Of a stretch of DNA of 64,000 bases, positions 21,401 to 30,185 are shown in pieces. Below the pieces are notes generated by a model. That model was not told where the DNA came from. It ran no database searches and was given only the letters and a program-made list of their open reading frames with translations. Source of the DNA: a virus; the IMG/VR virus record IMGVR_UViG_3300008110_000009; one strand, 5' to 3'. The translations under genes and the position numbers were made by a program. Positions within the stretch are counted from its first letter, which is position 1; the number at the start of each line of letters is the position of its first letter.

Positions 21401-23218
21401 ATCCCAGTTAGCTGTATTAGTTTCGTTTACCTTTAAATCATATGGAGGAAACCACATAACACGGCCACCAGTAGCACCTCTTTCACATATAGGTAAATCA
21501 TTAACAGTATATCCAAATTTGTTTGAAGTTTTCCATGCTAAATTCTCAATAGAAAACATATATTTTTTAGCTTTACCCTCTATACCGTCTATGTTAGTAG
21601 ACCCAACAAAAGATCTATTACCATTTGACATGGGGGCTATATTTAAATTCCATGGTGTACTCATAACACTGTCTTCGATTTTTCTAATCGTTCCAGTTTT
21701 TTTCATGGTATCTGTATAGTTCATATAAGCCCTATCCTTTGTCCAAACTCTACAATATTCTGTACCATCTTGTACCCCCGTTGCTTTATCAACATATGCA
21801 ATTGCTGAACCTCTTGATATAAATTTTGTACCCTCTTTAAAAACTCTTGAAGTTTGATCAATAACATTTGCAACATGTGATCTTGATTCACCACCATTCT
21901 TTGGTAATGAATTTAATAATTGTTGTGTTTTACCAAGTATTGAATCGTCTCTAAATTCCTGCTTTGTTGATAAGCTATCCTCAAGGATACCTCTCTCTGA
22001 AGAATATTCCGTATTGTTGGCACCTAATCTATTTTTTGAATTAATACTAAACCATGTTAATTTTCCCGGAATTGAACCTCTTTCTGAAATATTTTTCTCA
22101 TTAGAAAATAACTCTGCAGCTTTTGAATCAAATTTATATGAAAGATAGTATGGGCTTAATACTTTATTTTGATTAAAATCTTCTAAAACATTTTTAATAT
22201 CATCTCCTCTATCATCTCCGATATATGCTTTACCTTCTGGAGCTTCTCTACCTAATACTTTATTTATACCAGTAGCAACACTATCAACAAAATTGAATAG
22301 TTTACTTGTATTTTGTGATCTAGCTCTGGTTGTATAATTTGGTGCATAAGTTGAAAAAGATAAATTATCAAATAAAACATCTTTTTGACCATCACTCAAA
22401 TATTCAATCATTAAGTCTGATGGTTTTCTACTTGCCGCCGGTCTTCTTTGTATTCCTAATAATGAACCTAATACACCTGTAGCATCTTGAAATATTTTTC
22501 CTAATTCAGTTTTAGGTACTGGTCTGTTTACAACAGGGTTTGCTGGATTTGTTAAATAATCACCAGGTATTTCTGACCATGGAAATTCTATACCAGAAAC
22601 TGTTTGTAAAAAATCTATTGCTTTGCCAGGTATAGTTTTTGCAACAGTAATCTTATAATTTTTTTCAATTAATCTTTCTCTACCTCTTATAATATTAATT
22701 GCAGATGAAAGATTACCATTAACGGCGTCTAATATTCTTGCTCTACCTTCTGTAGCTGTTTTTAAATTTTGCCTAATTCTAGATTGAACTGGACCGTCTG
22801 GTGATTCGGTTAAATGATAGTTGGCAAATTTTGCTAATGTCGATTCAAATTCGTAATTACCAGAATTTAAAGCCCCAATAAGACTTCTACCTAATATACC
22901 GTCAGCTATTGGAAAATATGGATACAACCCTATATTACCTGCTGGGTCAATTAAAATTCTTGTATTTTCTAAAACCTCATATTGACTATTTTCAGGTCCA
23001 AATCTATTACTACCATCTGTTGAAACTAATTGAGCAGCTCTAGATGTATCATCGTTTAATGTTACATCCCCTAAATCCCTATTGGCAATATTTCTGGTAG
23101 TTTGAATAGAGTAGTTAGATGTGTTAAAAGTTTGTGGACCATTTGGCTTTTGTAGGGTCTTAGCTAATAACTCATCTCTAAGTTTTTTTGTAGAATTAAA
23201 ATCTAAATAACTTGGCAT
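18413..23218 (-). CDS. Large tail-tube initiator/baseplate protein with inserted OmpA-like domain
   Basis: W....LGRPEPIYTY.NTER..ISFKV and PPVCVLRIGD..I..MNITY tube-initiator motifs; YNIKLSHRRSDSL OmpA-like motif; lies between tape measure and LysM genes. Confidence 0.65.
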   Translation of the reverse strand: MPSYLDFNSTKKLRDELLAKTLQKPNGPQTFNTSNYSIQTTRNIANRDLGDVTLNDDTSRAAQLVSTDGSNRFGPENSQYEVLENTRILIDPAGNIGLYPYFPIADGILGRSLIGALNSGNYEFESTLAKFANYHLTESPDGPVQSRIRQNLKTATEGRARILDAVNGNLSSAINIIRGRERLIEKNYKITVAKTIPGKAIDFLQTVSGIEFPWSEIPGDYLTNPANPVVNRPVPKTELGKIFQDATGVLGSLLGIQRRPAASRKPSDLMIEYLSDGQKDVLFDNLSFSTYAPNYTTRARSQNTSKLFNFVDSVATGINKVLGREAPEGKAYIGDDRGDDIKNVLEDFNQNKVLSPYYLSYKFDSKAAELFSNEKNISERGSIPGKLTWFSINSKNRLGANNTEYSSERGILEDSLSTKQEFRDDSILGKTQQLLNSLPKNGGESRSHVANVIDQTSRVFKEGTKFISRGSAIAYVDKATGVQDGTEYCRVWTKDRAYMNYTDTMKKTGTIRKIEDSVMSTPWNLNIAPMSNGNRSFVGSTNIDGIEGKAKKYMFSIENLAWKTSNKFGYTVNDLPICERGATGGRVMWFPPYDLKVNETNTANWDKNNFLGRPEPIYTYQNTERTGTISFKVVVDHPSILNLLIKEISDEEAENFLNSFFAGCYDVDFYTLVRKYITLDPSDLQLIMSYLEYYRKDENFRREDTTTSLEFNSVAGEVTVKPGREEPIESPAADGRNTLGQVLADNIIYFPNDIPGPKSNIYIDAKSQSYDSVYSDYIKDKENFKNQLASGLNTILTVDTKDNKADRFVIFGTEDPTSGGTISIQTLINEKKGLIDTAFTQLQTNFGIISGATATLKSELEKKNIKQIKLTIESSTSFVADDSYNIKLSHRRSDSLIKYVLKSISKDSNTIPEYKWDKTIDELNANPAQTNQTVTIDLKKLGYGEDIEGSMVVDFVNKGEKATASGPETYDCTGKEIKNKTGLKKYAPITFYCRSASVKITYEQVNKTEPEKKTRFIPGETTITPGKTDISEITTTKKRKPPLDVVKKLIMKALSECFYFKKLEETDPVVFGSLKEKLRYFHPAFHSMTPEGLNARLTFLHQCIRPGDTIPVKQLGTDINGTVVDARNTTFGPPPVCVLRIGDFYHSKIVITAMNITYENSTWDLNPEGIGVQPMVADVTLQVNFIGGQGIKEPVAKLQNALSSNFYANTEVYDYRADSTVDQDKLQRFNVDFLEKLTGGVKTPGVAGLPTEDKTKKDGTWIGSQNGTKMTYKEVIQNLFKSTNDYFSAFKNTYTKLTESYGKEFLPMFISQTYRTINQIDVQNTLSSTIQVNLLGEYKQFVDFANLYGRVEKELLAKVSSSDHNVVLDLGFDSGTSKYDRSREIIDAYIKTTITEFLNKIRDEKATKDLEENRNKLIDLIDRVNFIMKTNGKDGRFDKKETTVATLANFDYTKFYTQYDEAINLIKDKHSIFTTDLDNTINFNLPSFDDTAYKKILAFIIKDKVSVIRKLYDDSKDTKYFDQNALNRIEKRVEKFIKNNKSDSDIKKFKYKEAKLKKEIKPFDFSYTGTLSGQEIEILEKVHAIKGAAGATKLNFLKPSK

Positions 23219-23257
23219 CTATTCTTTTATCTAATAAATAGATAATTTATTATTTTA

Positions 23258-25213
23258 CTATGCGTATGTTTTGGTGCTTTTAACAATATTAGAAACAAAT
23301 TCAGCCCTCATTTGTGGATTTTTAGATAGTTCATCAACCACAATACCCGCTAATTGTGTGCTATTACTGTTTATATCCACTTTAATATCTACAGAGCCTG
23401 TAAAACCTTTTAATCCCTCATAAGCATCTTTACCCTTCTCTATACCTCTTTCAATTAATTCTTTTGCTTTTTCTAGGACCTCAGTTGCTTTTTCTTGAAT
23501 ATTCAAATCTTTAGTTATGTCACTTAGTTTTGTTTCTAAATACTTAATTGTCTCTTGTACCTCTTTTGGCATTCCCCCTTTTACTTTATCGATTATTTTG
23601 TCTAAAGCTTCGCCAGCGGCTCCTGTAGCCTCGCCATATACTTGTTTCATTGTTTGTGCACTGTTATTTTGAGTAGGGTTAATTTTTTCAGTAAAATCAA
23701 CTGCCTTCTTCATTAAATTAGCGGCAGCATCTCCAGCTGGTCCACTTCTAACATCTTCCATTAATCTTAGATAAATGGCTGTCGCTACATTTAGTATTTT
23801 GGTTGTTTCGTTAAATTGATTTCTAGCAATATCTATTGGTTTTTCGTCTGCTGCTTTTTTCTGTAAATCCTGTAATTCTGCTAATTGTTTATCTGTTAAA
23901 TCACTTAAACTAACAAAACCATCTTTAACATTGGTTAACCCCATTTGTTGAACCATATTTTTAGGTATATCAAAACCAACTTTTCCATCTTTTATTGTTG
24001 CAATATTTGAAACAAATTCTCTTTGATCATCTGTTAATGATGGGAACATATTCAACTCGCTCATTGCTTCAAATTTAGCAGCACCTTTAACCGCCATATT
24101 TGTCAATTCACCCATTGAAATACCTAAAGCATCAGACATTGCTTTTGCTCTTCTTAAATTGGCGCCACTTACTTCAAATCTTCCTTGTTCTGCATTGTAT
24201 GTTGCTAAACTTCTTGCTGCCCCAATAATGCTTGTTTGTAACGATTCAACATTATTTGTTGCGTCGTACATTAATTTAATTGGGTCTGCTAAATCACCGA
24301 CAGCACCACCAACAACTTGCAAATTAGCAGCTAAATTTATTGCACTTTCTGGATCATATAATTTATCAGCAACAGTAAAAATACTTTCCATATTTATTTT
24401 TAAAGCTTGAGCCTCTTGAACCATTTTACCTAAACCAGCTATTCCGTTTTGGAATCCAAATGCATTTAATTTACCAAGTTGACTTATTAAAGTTTCTGAT
24501 GTGGCTTTTGCACTAAGGCCTAGTTTTATTGATCTTAAACCAATTTGTTCAATAGATTTTGCCGCCCCATCAAGACCAATTCCAACATTTCTAAAATTTT
24601 CAGCATTCTCTAATAATGTTTTTGAATTTTTTGTAAACGCTAATGATGCAACCATCCCATTTGATATGGTTTTATCACTGTAGGCCGCCATCCTTTCAGA
24701 ATTAACCATTAAAGACTCAACGGCGCTTACTGTTTCATTTGTTGTAACACCAAATCGTTGAGCTTCAATCATAGCAAATCTGGTTGAATCCATCATTTCG
24801 GTAGCTATTCTACCAACATACCCACCAGATCCCCTTGTCTTTTCTAATAATTCAACATTTAATTTAGCAATATCACCTAGCAAGGCTTCACTTGTTGCAA
24901 GTCCAGCATCGAACATCCCAGATAATAACTCTAAAGGATTAAATGTTGCCATTCCCTTTACGGTATCAATTATTTTTTTACCTGTTTCTGTATTAATCCT
25001 AGCTAAAGTCTGTGCTTGTTGATCTATAAAAGCAGCACCTAGTGCACTTGCAATAGTATTACCACCGCTTGTGGTTTTTGATGTTGATTTAGAGGCTTTA
25101 GCTGCTGTATCAGCAATTGCACTAGCGTGTTTTTCTGATGCTTTTTTTGCATCATCATCATCAATACCTAAACTTCTTAAAAAGTCGTAAAAATCTTTTT
25201 TTATGTCTGCCAT
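23258..25213 (-). CDS. Tail tape measure protein
   Basis: Ala/Gly-rich helical 651 aa with few Pro; canonical position after tube and chaperone genes. Confidence 0.75.
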   Translation of the reverse strand: MADIKKDFYDFLRSLGIDDDDAKKASEKHASAIADTAAKASKSTSKTTSGGNTIASALGAAFIDQQAQTLARINTETGKKIIDTVKGMATFNPLELLSGMFDAGLATSEALLGDIAKLNVELLEKTRGSGGYVGRIATEMMDSTRFAMIEAQRFGVTTNETVSAVESLMVNSERMAAYSDKTISNGMVASLAFTKNSKTLLENAENFRNVGIGLDGAAKSIEQIGLRSIKLGLSAKATSETLISQLGKLNAFGFQNGIAGLGKMVQEAQALKINMESIFTVADKLYDPESAINLAANLQVVGGAVGDLADPIKLMYDATNNVESLQTSIIGAARSLATYNAEQGRFEVSGANLRRAKAMSDALGISMGELTNMAVKGAAKFEAMSELNMFPSLTDDQREFVSNIATIKDGKVGFDIPKNMVQQMGLTNVKDGFVSLSDLTDKQLAELQDLQKKAADEKPIDIARNQFNETTKILNVATAIYLRLMEDVRSGPAGDAAANLMKKAVDFTEKINPTQNNSAQTMKQVYGEATGAAGEALDKIIDKVKGGMPKEVQETIKYLETKLSDITKDLNIQEKATEVLEKAKELIERGIEKGKDAYEGLKGFTGSVDIKVDINSNSTQLAGIVVDELSKNPQMRAEFVSNIVKSTKTYA

Positions 25214-25243
25214 ATTACTAGTGCTATAATATTATAAATAGTT

Positions 25244-25390
25244 TTATTCAGTTTTTTGTAATATAGCATTAATCATACTTGTTCTTTCGTGAATTGGTAG
25301 AATTAAGATATCTTGATAACTAAATCCTCTTGATACAAGAAATAGTATTGTTTCTATTTGACTTTTTTTATATTCCGTAGAAGGGACGAA
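25244..25390 (-). CDS. gp51-like ORF without an ATG start; probable +1 frameshift extension of the upstream chaperone
   Basis: Hand translation FVPSTEYKKSQIETILFLVSRGFSYQDILILPIHERTSMINAILQKTE*; FSYxDxLxLPxxER resembles the T4 gp51-type motif. Confidence 0.7.
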   Translation of the reverse strand, partial: FVPSTEYKKSQIETILFLVSRGFSYQDILILPIHERTSMINAILQKTE

Positions 25391-26108
25391 AAAATTCCAC
25401 CCCAAAGTCAACCAAAACTGGGACCTTTTCTCCTGACGGGGCGATTACATCTACTATTAAGTCTAAACCTGGTTTATTTTCTGATACAAATTTTTTAAAT
25501 TCTAACGAATCTTTAATTGGTAGATTTTGAATAAATTGATAAATAGCCATTTGATCTCTTTGACCTTCTACCGATTTTATCATCATTTCCAATCTTTTTG
25601 TATTAACAGGAGCAACGTTTGTGCCACTTGATTCTTTAATTAATTGTAATTCTTTTTCTTGTGTATTTGATAAAAACTTAAAAGTTACATTCTTTTTGGA
25701 TACTGGAAGACTAAAAGTATATTCACCGTTAGCATCTGGTGTCAATTTAAAGTCTTTTACCTTTAAAACAGATAAATCTATTACAGTTTCAAATTGCTTT
25801 TTTGTTGCTGGGTCTGTAATTGTTACTGTATACTCAGTTCCAAATGCGGTATTTCTTAAAAATATTAATATTGCTTGTCTATCTTCTTCTACAATCTCAT
25901 CAAAAGAAACATCTTTATCTAAAATTTTTCTTTTTAATAATTCATCCACAACTGTTTCGGATTGAATCAGGTTTGGTGACATTAAAATATTTTCATCTGA
26001 TGCAGTTAAGTATGCAACTCTTAATGATTTTCTTCCGTTGGAATAATGTACACCTTGAGAAGGTAATTGAACAACATCATACGCAACCATTGGGTTAATA
26101 TTTTCCAT
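25368..26108 (-). CDS. Baseplate hub/tail assembly chaperone (T4 gp26-like)
   Basis: VQLPSQG..Y, YLTASDENIL, DRQAILIFLR, LPVSKK.VTFKFL, C-terminal GVEFF. Confidence 0.8.
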   Translation of the reverse strand: MENINPMVAYDVVQLPSQGVHYSNGRKSLRVAYLTASDENILMSPNLIQSETVVDELLKRKILDKDVSFDEIVEEDRQAILIFLRNTAFGTEYTVTITDPATKKQFETVIDLSVLKVKDFKLTPDANGEYTFSLPVSKKNVTFKFLSNTQEKELQLIKESSGTNVAPVNTKRLEMMIKSVEGQRDQMAIYQFIQNLPIKDSLEFKKFVSENKPGLDLIVDVIAPSGEKVPVLVDFGVEFFRPFYGI

Positions 26109-26169
26109 AATAGTATTGAATTCTTTTCTTTTAATATAACTATAAAATAATTAAAAATCAACAGTGTAA

Positions 26170-26185
26170 GGTTTCACGTGGAACA
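26170..26185. promoter_or_regulatory. parS-like palindrome (ParB/Spo0J binding site consensus)
   Basis: TGTTCCACGTGAAACC on the minus strand; 15/16 match to the canonical TGTTCCACGTGAAACA; intergenic. Confidence 0.7.
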
Positions 26186-26215
26186 CTTGTTACAAGTAAT
26201 TGATAATCAGTTAAA

Positions 26216-26252
26216 TAAAAATCCCACATCCGTTTTTCACGAATATGGGATT
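26216..26252 (-). terminator. Intrinsic terminator after the tail tube gene
   Basis: AATCCCATATTCG-loop-CGGATGTGGGATT followed by TTT. Confidence 0.8.
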
Positions 26253-26273
26253 ATAAATAAAACTATTTGAATA

Positions 26274-26762
26274 TTAGTAAACTTGGATACATCTATCCAT
26301 TCTTAGTTCAGCATCGATTGAAGCTAAAGCATCTTCTGAATAGCTAAGATCACCAAAATTTAAACTTGTTAAGAAACAGCCTTCTAAAATCCACTTCTCA
26401 ACAACAACCCCTGTTGGATCTAACATTTCAAGTTCTACGTTCTTTTTATATCCTGCAGCATAGCCCATTCTACCGGTTACGGATTCAGCATGAAGACGGA
26501 ACCATTCCATCAATGCTTGGGATGCAGATGGACCAATTGGATCTTTAAAAGTAACCTTAATTGGGTCCCAGGTAAATCTACCTGCTACATATGTTGAAGT
26601 ATTTAAAAACGGAATTTCAGTTGAATTAATTTTAGCACTAGGACGGGATGTAGATGTTACATACCACTCGTTGATACCCAAAGATGATGGAAATCTTAGG
26701 ATAAACCTATTTTTACGTTTCGGCTCATATGGAACCGGCATTTTCATTAATAAATCTGCCAT
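26274..26762 (-). CDS. Tail tube protein (gp19-like)
   Basis: EPKRKNRF, YVAGRFTWDPIKVTFKDPI, YKK.VEL.MLDP.G.VVEKW.L.GCF; follows the sheath gene. Confidence 0.92.
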   Translation of the reverse strand: MADLLMKMPVPYEPKRKNRFILRFPSSLGINEWYVTSTSRPSAKINSTEIPFLNTSTYVAGRFTWDPIKVTFKDPIGPSASQALMEWFRLHAESVTGRMGYAAGYKKNVELEMLDPTGVVVEKWILEGCFLTSLNFGDLSYSEDALASIDAELRMDRCIQVY

Positions 26763-26877
26763 TGTGTTTGTGTTATATTGTTTTGTTTATTTCTTTCCTT
26801 ATAAATATATCAATATTAGAAATAAATTTATTTTTCAAAATACTTGACTTTTTGGAAAAAAATCGTTAGCTTTTTGC

Positions 26878-27006
26878 TACTACGTTACTAAAATACTAAT
26901 GTTCTAATATTACTATTTTACTTTATTCTAATATTTCTATGTTCTATTATTTCTAATGTACTGATTTTCAATGTACTAATATTCTTTAATTACTACTTTA
27001 TACTAA
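26878..27006. repeat. AT-rich degenerate tandem array of T(A/T)CTA-like units every 7-10 bp
   Basis: About 16 units (tacta/ttcta and variants) read directly; G-poor on the plus strand. Confidence 0.7.
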
Positions 27007-27007
27007 T

Positions 27008-27039
27008 AAAAAAGGGATGGTTAAAAACCACCCCTTGTT
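27008..27039 (-). terminator. Intrinsic terminator after the sheath gene
   Basis: AAGGGGTGGTT-TTT-AACCATCCCTTTTTT. Confidence 0.85.
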
Positions 27040-27056
27040 CAGTCAGATTCTGACTA

Positions 27057-29900
27057 TTAGATATTCTCAAAAGAAGCTCCTGTTGGTGTAATAATAAACT
27101 CAACATCAATAAATTCTAACGCTCTTGTAGGTTTGATGTAAATCTTACCTCTCAATGTGTTAGCATCAATATCTTCTGGATCGTTTGATACGCTTACACG
27201 GAAATCATAAAGACCTCTTTCTTTCTTAATTGATTCAAGAATTGGGTTAACCAATCTTAAGAACTCTTGTCTAACTTGATCATCGTTTTGTTCAAACAAT
27301 AATCTTACAGCTACTGCAGATATTAACTTTCTTGCTCTTAATAATAATCTTCTTACGTTGATTCTATCAAGTGCTGATTCTCTAACTTGTAACGTTTTGT
27401 TACCCCAGATAATAGTACCTGTATCAGAGAATGTTGCAATTGGGTTAATTCTAGCTTTGTAAAGTTCATCTCTTTCATCAAGAGTTAACTTCTTAGTTGC
27501 TTTGATTGAGTTAACAAGACCTCTTGAATAACCAGCGACCGCAAACCATGGGTAAGATACATTATCAGTTAATGCAATATTCTTCAATACTTCACCTGTT
27601 GGCGGAATATAAAGTTGTGTAGCGTTATCTGTATCTCTTACTTGAATCCAAGGCCAGTAAGTTGCTGAGTAGTTAGAATCGAATCCTAAATCATCTAAAG
27701 CACCAATTACTTCGTCAGCACCTGTTGTACCACTAAAGTTAGGAGCGTTGATGATATAAAGCGAGTCTGCTCTATCATTCTCAATAATATCAACCGCCTG
27801 ATTTACAAGTGAGCTATGGTCATTCCAGTTAATACCTGGTGTAGCAAAAATATTAATATCAACAGCTTCAGGATTTTTGAATGTTTCAATACCTTGTAAA
27901 AATGCATAGTAATCTGAGTTACCAACTAAACTATTGAATACACCGCCATTAGTTGTGTGCCCACTTATGTAAGTTGTCTTTCCGAAAATGAAACCATCTC
28001 CGTTTGATCTAACATTTCTATAGATATCCCAACCATCAAATCCACCAAATACTGGTAATGTAAATTTACGGAAATTAACACCATCTAATTTACCTTTATC
28101 AGTACCTTCTAAATCGTATGAAGTTGTTTTAAATAATTTTTCACCAGTAGTTCCTGTAATATTTGCTGCGTTAACAGACAAGTGGAAACCAAAAGACGAA
28201 TCAGTTGCATCGGTACCTTTAAATTTGAACATATCTCTATCGAAAATGAAGTGTTCATCTGTAGATAAACCTAATGTAACCTTCTTAACCTTATCACCAT
28301 TTGTTGTTACAGGGGTTCCGTCTATATTGTAGTATAGAACATCACCAGCATCGTAGTATTTTGTTTTAAAACGAATACCACCAACATTAGCTTTTGTTGT
28401 TACGCCCTTGAAACCAGCTGGGATTGCATCTGTTGGAGCATCATCTGCCATAACCAACATAATGTACTTAGATCTTAATTCATATTCACCATCAGAAGTA
28501 CCGATCTTTCTACCAACATAACCTGGAAGATCTGGATTCATAGTACATCTACTATATTTTTCTAATACAACTTGATTTGCATCAGTATCGTTGAAATCAC
28601 GAACAAGAACATCAAATTCACCTGTGTCTAAATCAATATTTTGAACAGTTACTTTAACTTCGTAATTAGATGCATCACCATCAGATATTGTTAAGAAACT
28701 GAATAGGTCAAATACCTTACCGCCCCTAACTTCAGAAACGATGGTTGAAGATCCAGCCATATCCCACTGGGTCATGAAGTTATCACCTTCAGTTGCGTTT
28801 ACAACTGTTGTACTTAAACCTCTAATTAAACCTTGTTCAAAAAGATTTGAAACTAAGTTTGGATATGCTTCGTGTACATATAATGGATATTCAATTTTAT
28901 CTTTATCAAATACATCAGCACCAATTACCTTTGTAAGGTATTTTGTGGAAGTTTGATCTAAAGAACAATTAAATGTTCTAACATCACTATCGATATCAGT
29001 TACTTGAATTGTAAAGTCAGCTAAAGGATTGGTTGATAATCCAGAGCCACTAACACTAACAGTTGTGCCGGTTACTCTATGTGTTAATACGTTTTGAATA
29101 TAGTTACCTCTAGATCTTAATAAGCAAACTTGCATATCATGATAATCAGTATTCAAAGACGCGTTATACTTAAATCTTGTAACGGTAAATTCTGAAGTAC
29201 CAGTTGAGTAAACAAAAAGGTATGAATATACACCATCAATTGTTGAATCAGTAGAACCTGTTTTAGTATAGTAAACGTTGTACCAATCTTTATTATTGTT
29301 TGAGCCGATTGGTGAAACCAACTCTGTTCCTGTAAGTCCGCTAGTAGCAGATTCTGGAACTTCCCCAATTGTAAACCACTCGTTGTGTGCATAAACACCA
29401 CCAGAATTGGTTGCTGCTACCAAGTAGTTAGTTATTGAAGAACCTTCTGTTGAAGTTTTTCCTGATAATTCAGCATAGATTGTGCTGCCTGTTACACCTG
29501 TTGTTGTTGGTATTAATGAAATACCTGCTGTTGATCCGCTTAGTGAACCAAGAGTTACACCGCCTAGAGCTTTGATACCCCAAGTTCTGCCTGGTTTATA
29601 TCCAGTAAGTCCTAATACACGGGTTACAAATAATTGGTTTGACTCTTGTAAATAAGATTTCGCAACATATGGAAGTTCATATTTTGGATTTCCAGCACCA
29701 TCTTTTGCGGGGCTAGTACCACCAAAATAAGTTCTAAATTCATCAAAATTTGAAATTAGAATTGGTTCAAATGCTGGACCTTTCAAAGTCTCACCAACCA
29801 GACCCAATGTTGTAACACCTACACTTTGAGCTACGAATGTTAAATCTTTCTCTGATGTATACACACCTGGAGAAACGAATACTCTGTTTGAATTTGCCAT
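27057..29900 (-). CDS. Tail sheath protein (gp18-like)
   Basis: SPGVYTSEKD, SNYSATYWPW, PWFAVAGYSRG, RDELYKARINPI, WGNKTL, RINVRRLL, FEQND, KPTRALEFI. Confidence 0.97.
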   Translation of the reverse strand: MANSNRVFVSPGVYTSEKDLTFVAQSVGVTTLGLVGETLKGPAFEPILISNFDEFRTYFGGTSPAKDGAGNPKYELPYVAKSYLQESNQLFVTRVLGLTGYKPGRTWGIKALGGVTLGSLSGSTAGISLIPTTTGVTGSTIYAELSGKTSTEGSSITNYLVAATNSGGVYAHNEWFTIGEVPESATSGLTGTELVSPIGSNNNKDWYNVYYTKTGSTDSTIDGVYSYLFVYSTGTSEFTVTRFKYNASLNTDYHDMQVCLLRSRGNYIQNVLTHRVTGTTVSVSGSGLSTNPLADFTIQVTDIDSDVRTFNCSLDQTSTKYLTKVIGADVFDKDKIEYPLYVHEAYPNLVSNLFEQGLIRGLSTTVVNATEGDNFMTQWDMAGSSTIVSEVRGGKVFDLFSFLTISDGDASNYEVKVTVQNIDLDTGEFDVLVRDFNDTDANQVVLEKYSRCTMNPDLPGYVGRKIGTSDGEYELRSKYIMLVMADDAPTDAIPAGFKGVTTKANVGGIRFKTKYYDAGDVLYYNIDGTPVTTNGDKVKKVTLGLSTDEHFIFDRDMFKFKGTDATDSSFGFHLSVNAANITGTTGEKLFKTTSYDLEGTDKGKLDGVNFRKFTLPVFGGFDGWDIYRNVRSNGDGFIFGKTTYISGHTTNGGVFNSLVGNSDYYAFLQGIETFKNPEAVDINIFATPGINWNDHSSLVNQAVDIIENDRADSLYIINAPNFSGTTGADEVIGALDDLGFDSNYSATYWPWIQVRDTDNATQLYIPPTGEVLKNIALTDNVSYPWFAVAGYSRGLVNSIKATKKLTLDERDELYKARINPIATFSDTGTIIWGNKTLQVRESALDRINVRRLLLRARKLISAVAVRLLFEQNDDQVRQEFLRLVNPILESIKKERGLYDFRVSVSNDPEDIDANTLRGKIYIKPTRALEFIDVEFIITPTGASFENI

Positions 29901-29980
29901 TGATAAATGTTTGGTTAATTAATTTTATTCTTATCAAATAAATATCTTTGTTTTCAGCAAAGATTTCTGGATTTTTTCGT

Positions 29981-30020
29981 ATTTATATCCTAATTTATCT
30001 TTTTATATCGTTATTTATCT
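29981..30020 (+). repeat. 20-bp direct tandem repeat upstream of the RHH gene (possible operator)
   Basis: ATTTATATCCTAATTTATCT / TTTTATATCGTTATTTATCT (17/20 identical). Confidence 0.5.
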
Positions 30021-30026
30021 TTAACC

Positions 30027-30185
30027 ATGGAAAAGAAAAGTAAAAACGTAAAAATCAGTGAAAAGCATCATGAAATGCTAAAAACCTATTGTGATAAGAA
30101 AGGTTTAAAAATTTATAAAGTTTTGGAAAAAATGATTGAAGAAATTGTTAAACCAAAGAAAACCGACATTTACGGAGAGGATTAA
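30027..30185 (+). CDS. 52-aa ribbon-helix-helix-like DNA-binding protein
   Basis: Hand translation MEKKSKNVKISEKHHEMLKTYCDKKGLKIYKVLEKMIEEIVKPKKTDIYGED; beta-strand + helix + G + helix pattern; below the ORF-track cut-off. Confidence 0.7.
   Translation: MEKKSKNVKISEKHHEMLKTYCDKKGLKIYKVLEKMIEEIVKPKKTDIYGED

Noticed and set aside
26878-27006. CRISPR array
   Set aside because: Units are 5-bp degenerate repeats without unique spacers; no cas genes in the window
182-29900. Bacterial contractile injection system or prophage remnant
   Set aside because: Capsid, protease, scaffold and replication genes are present; no integrase or host chromosomal genes seen
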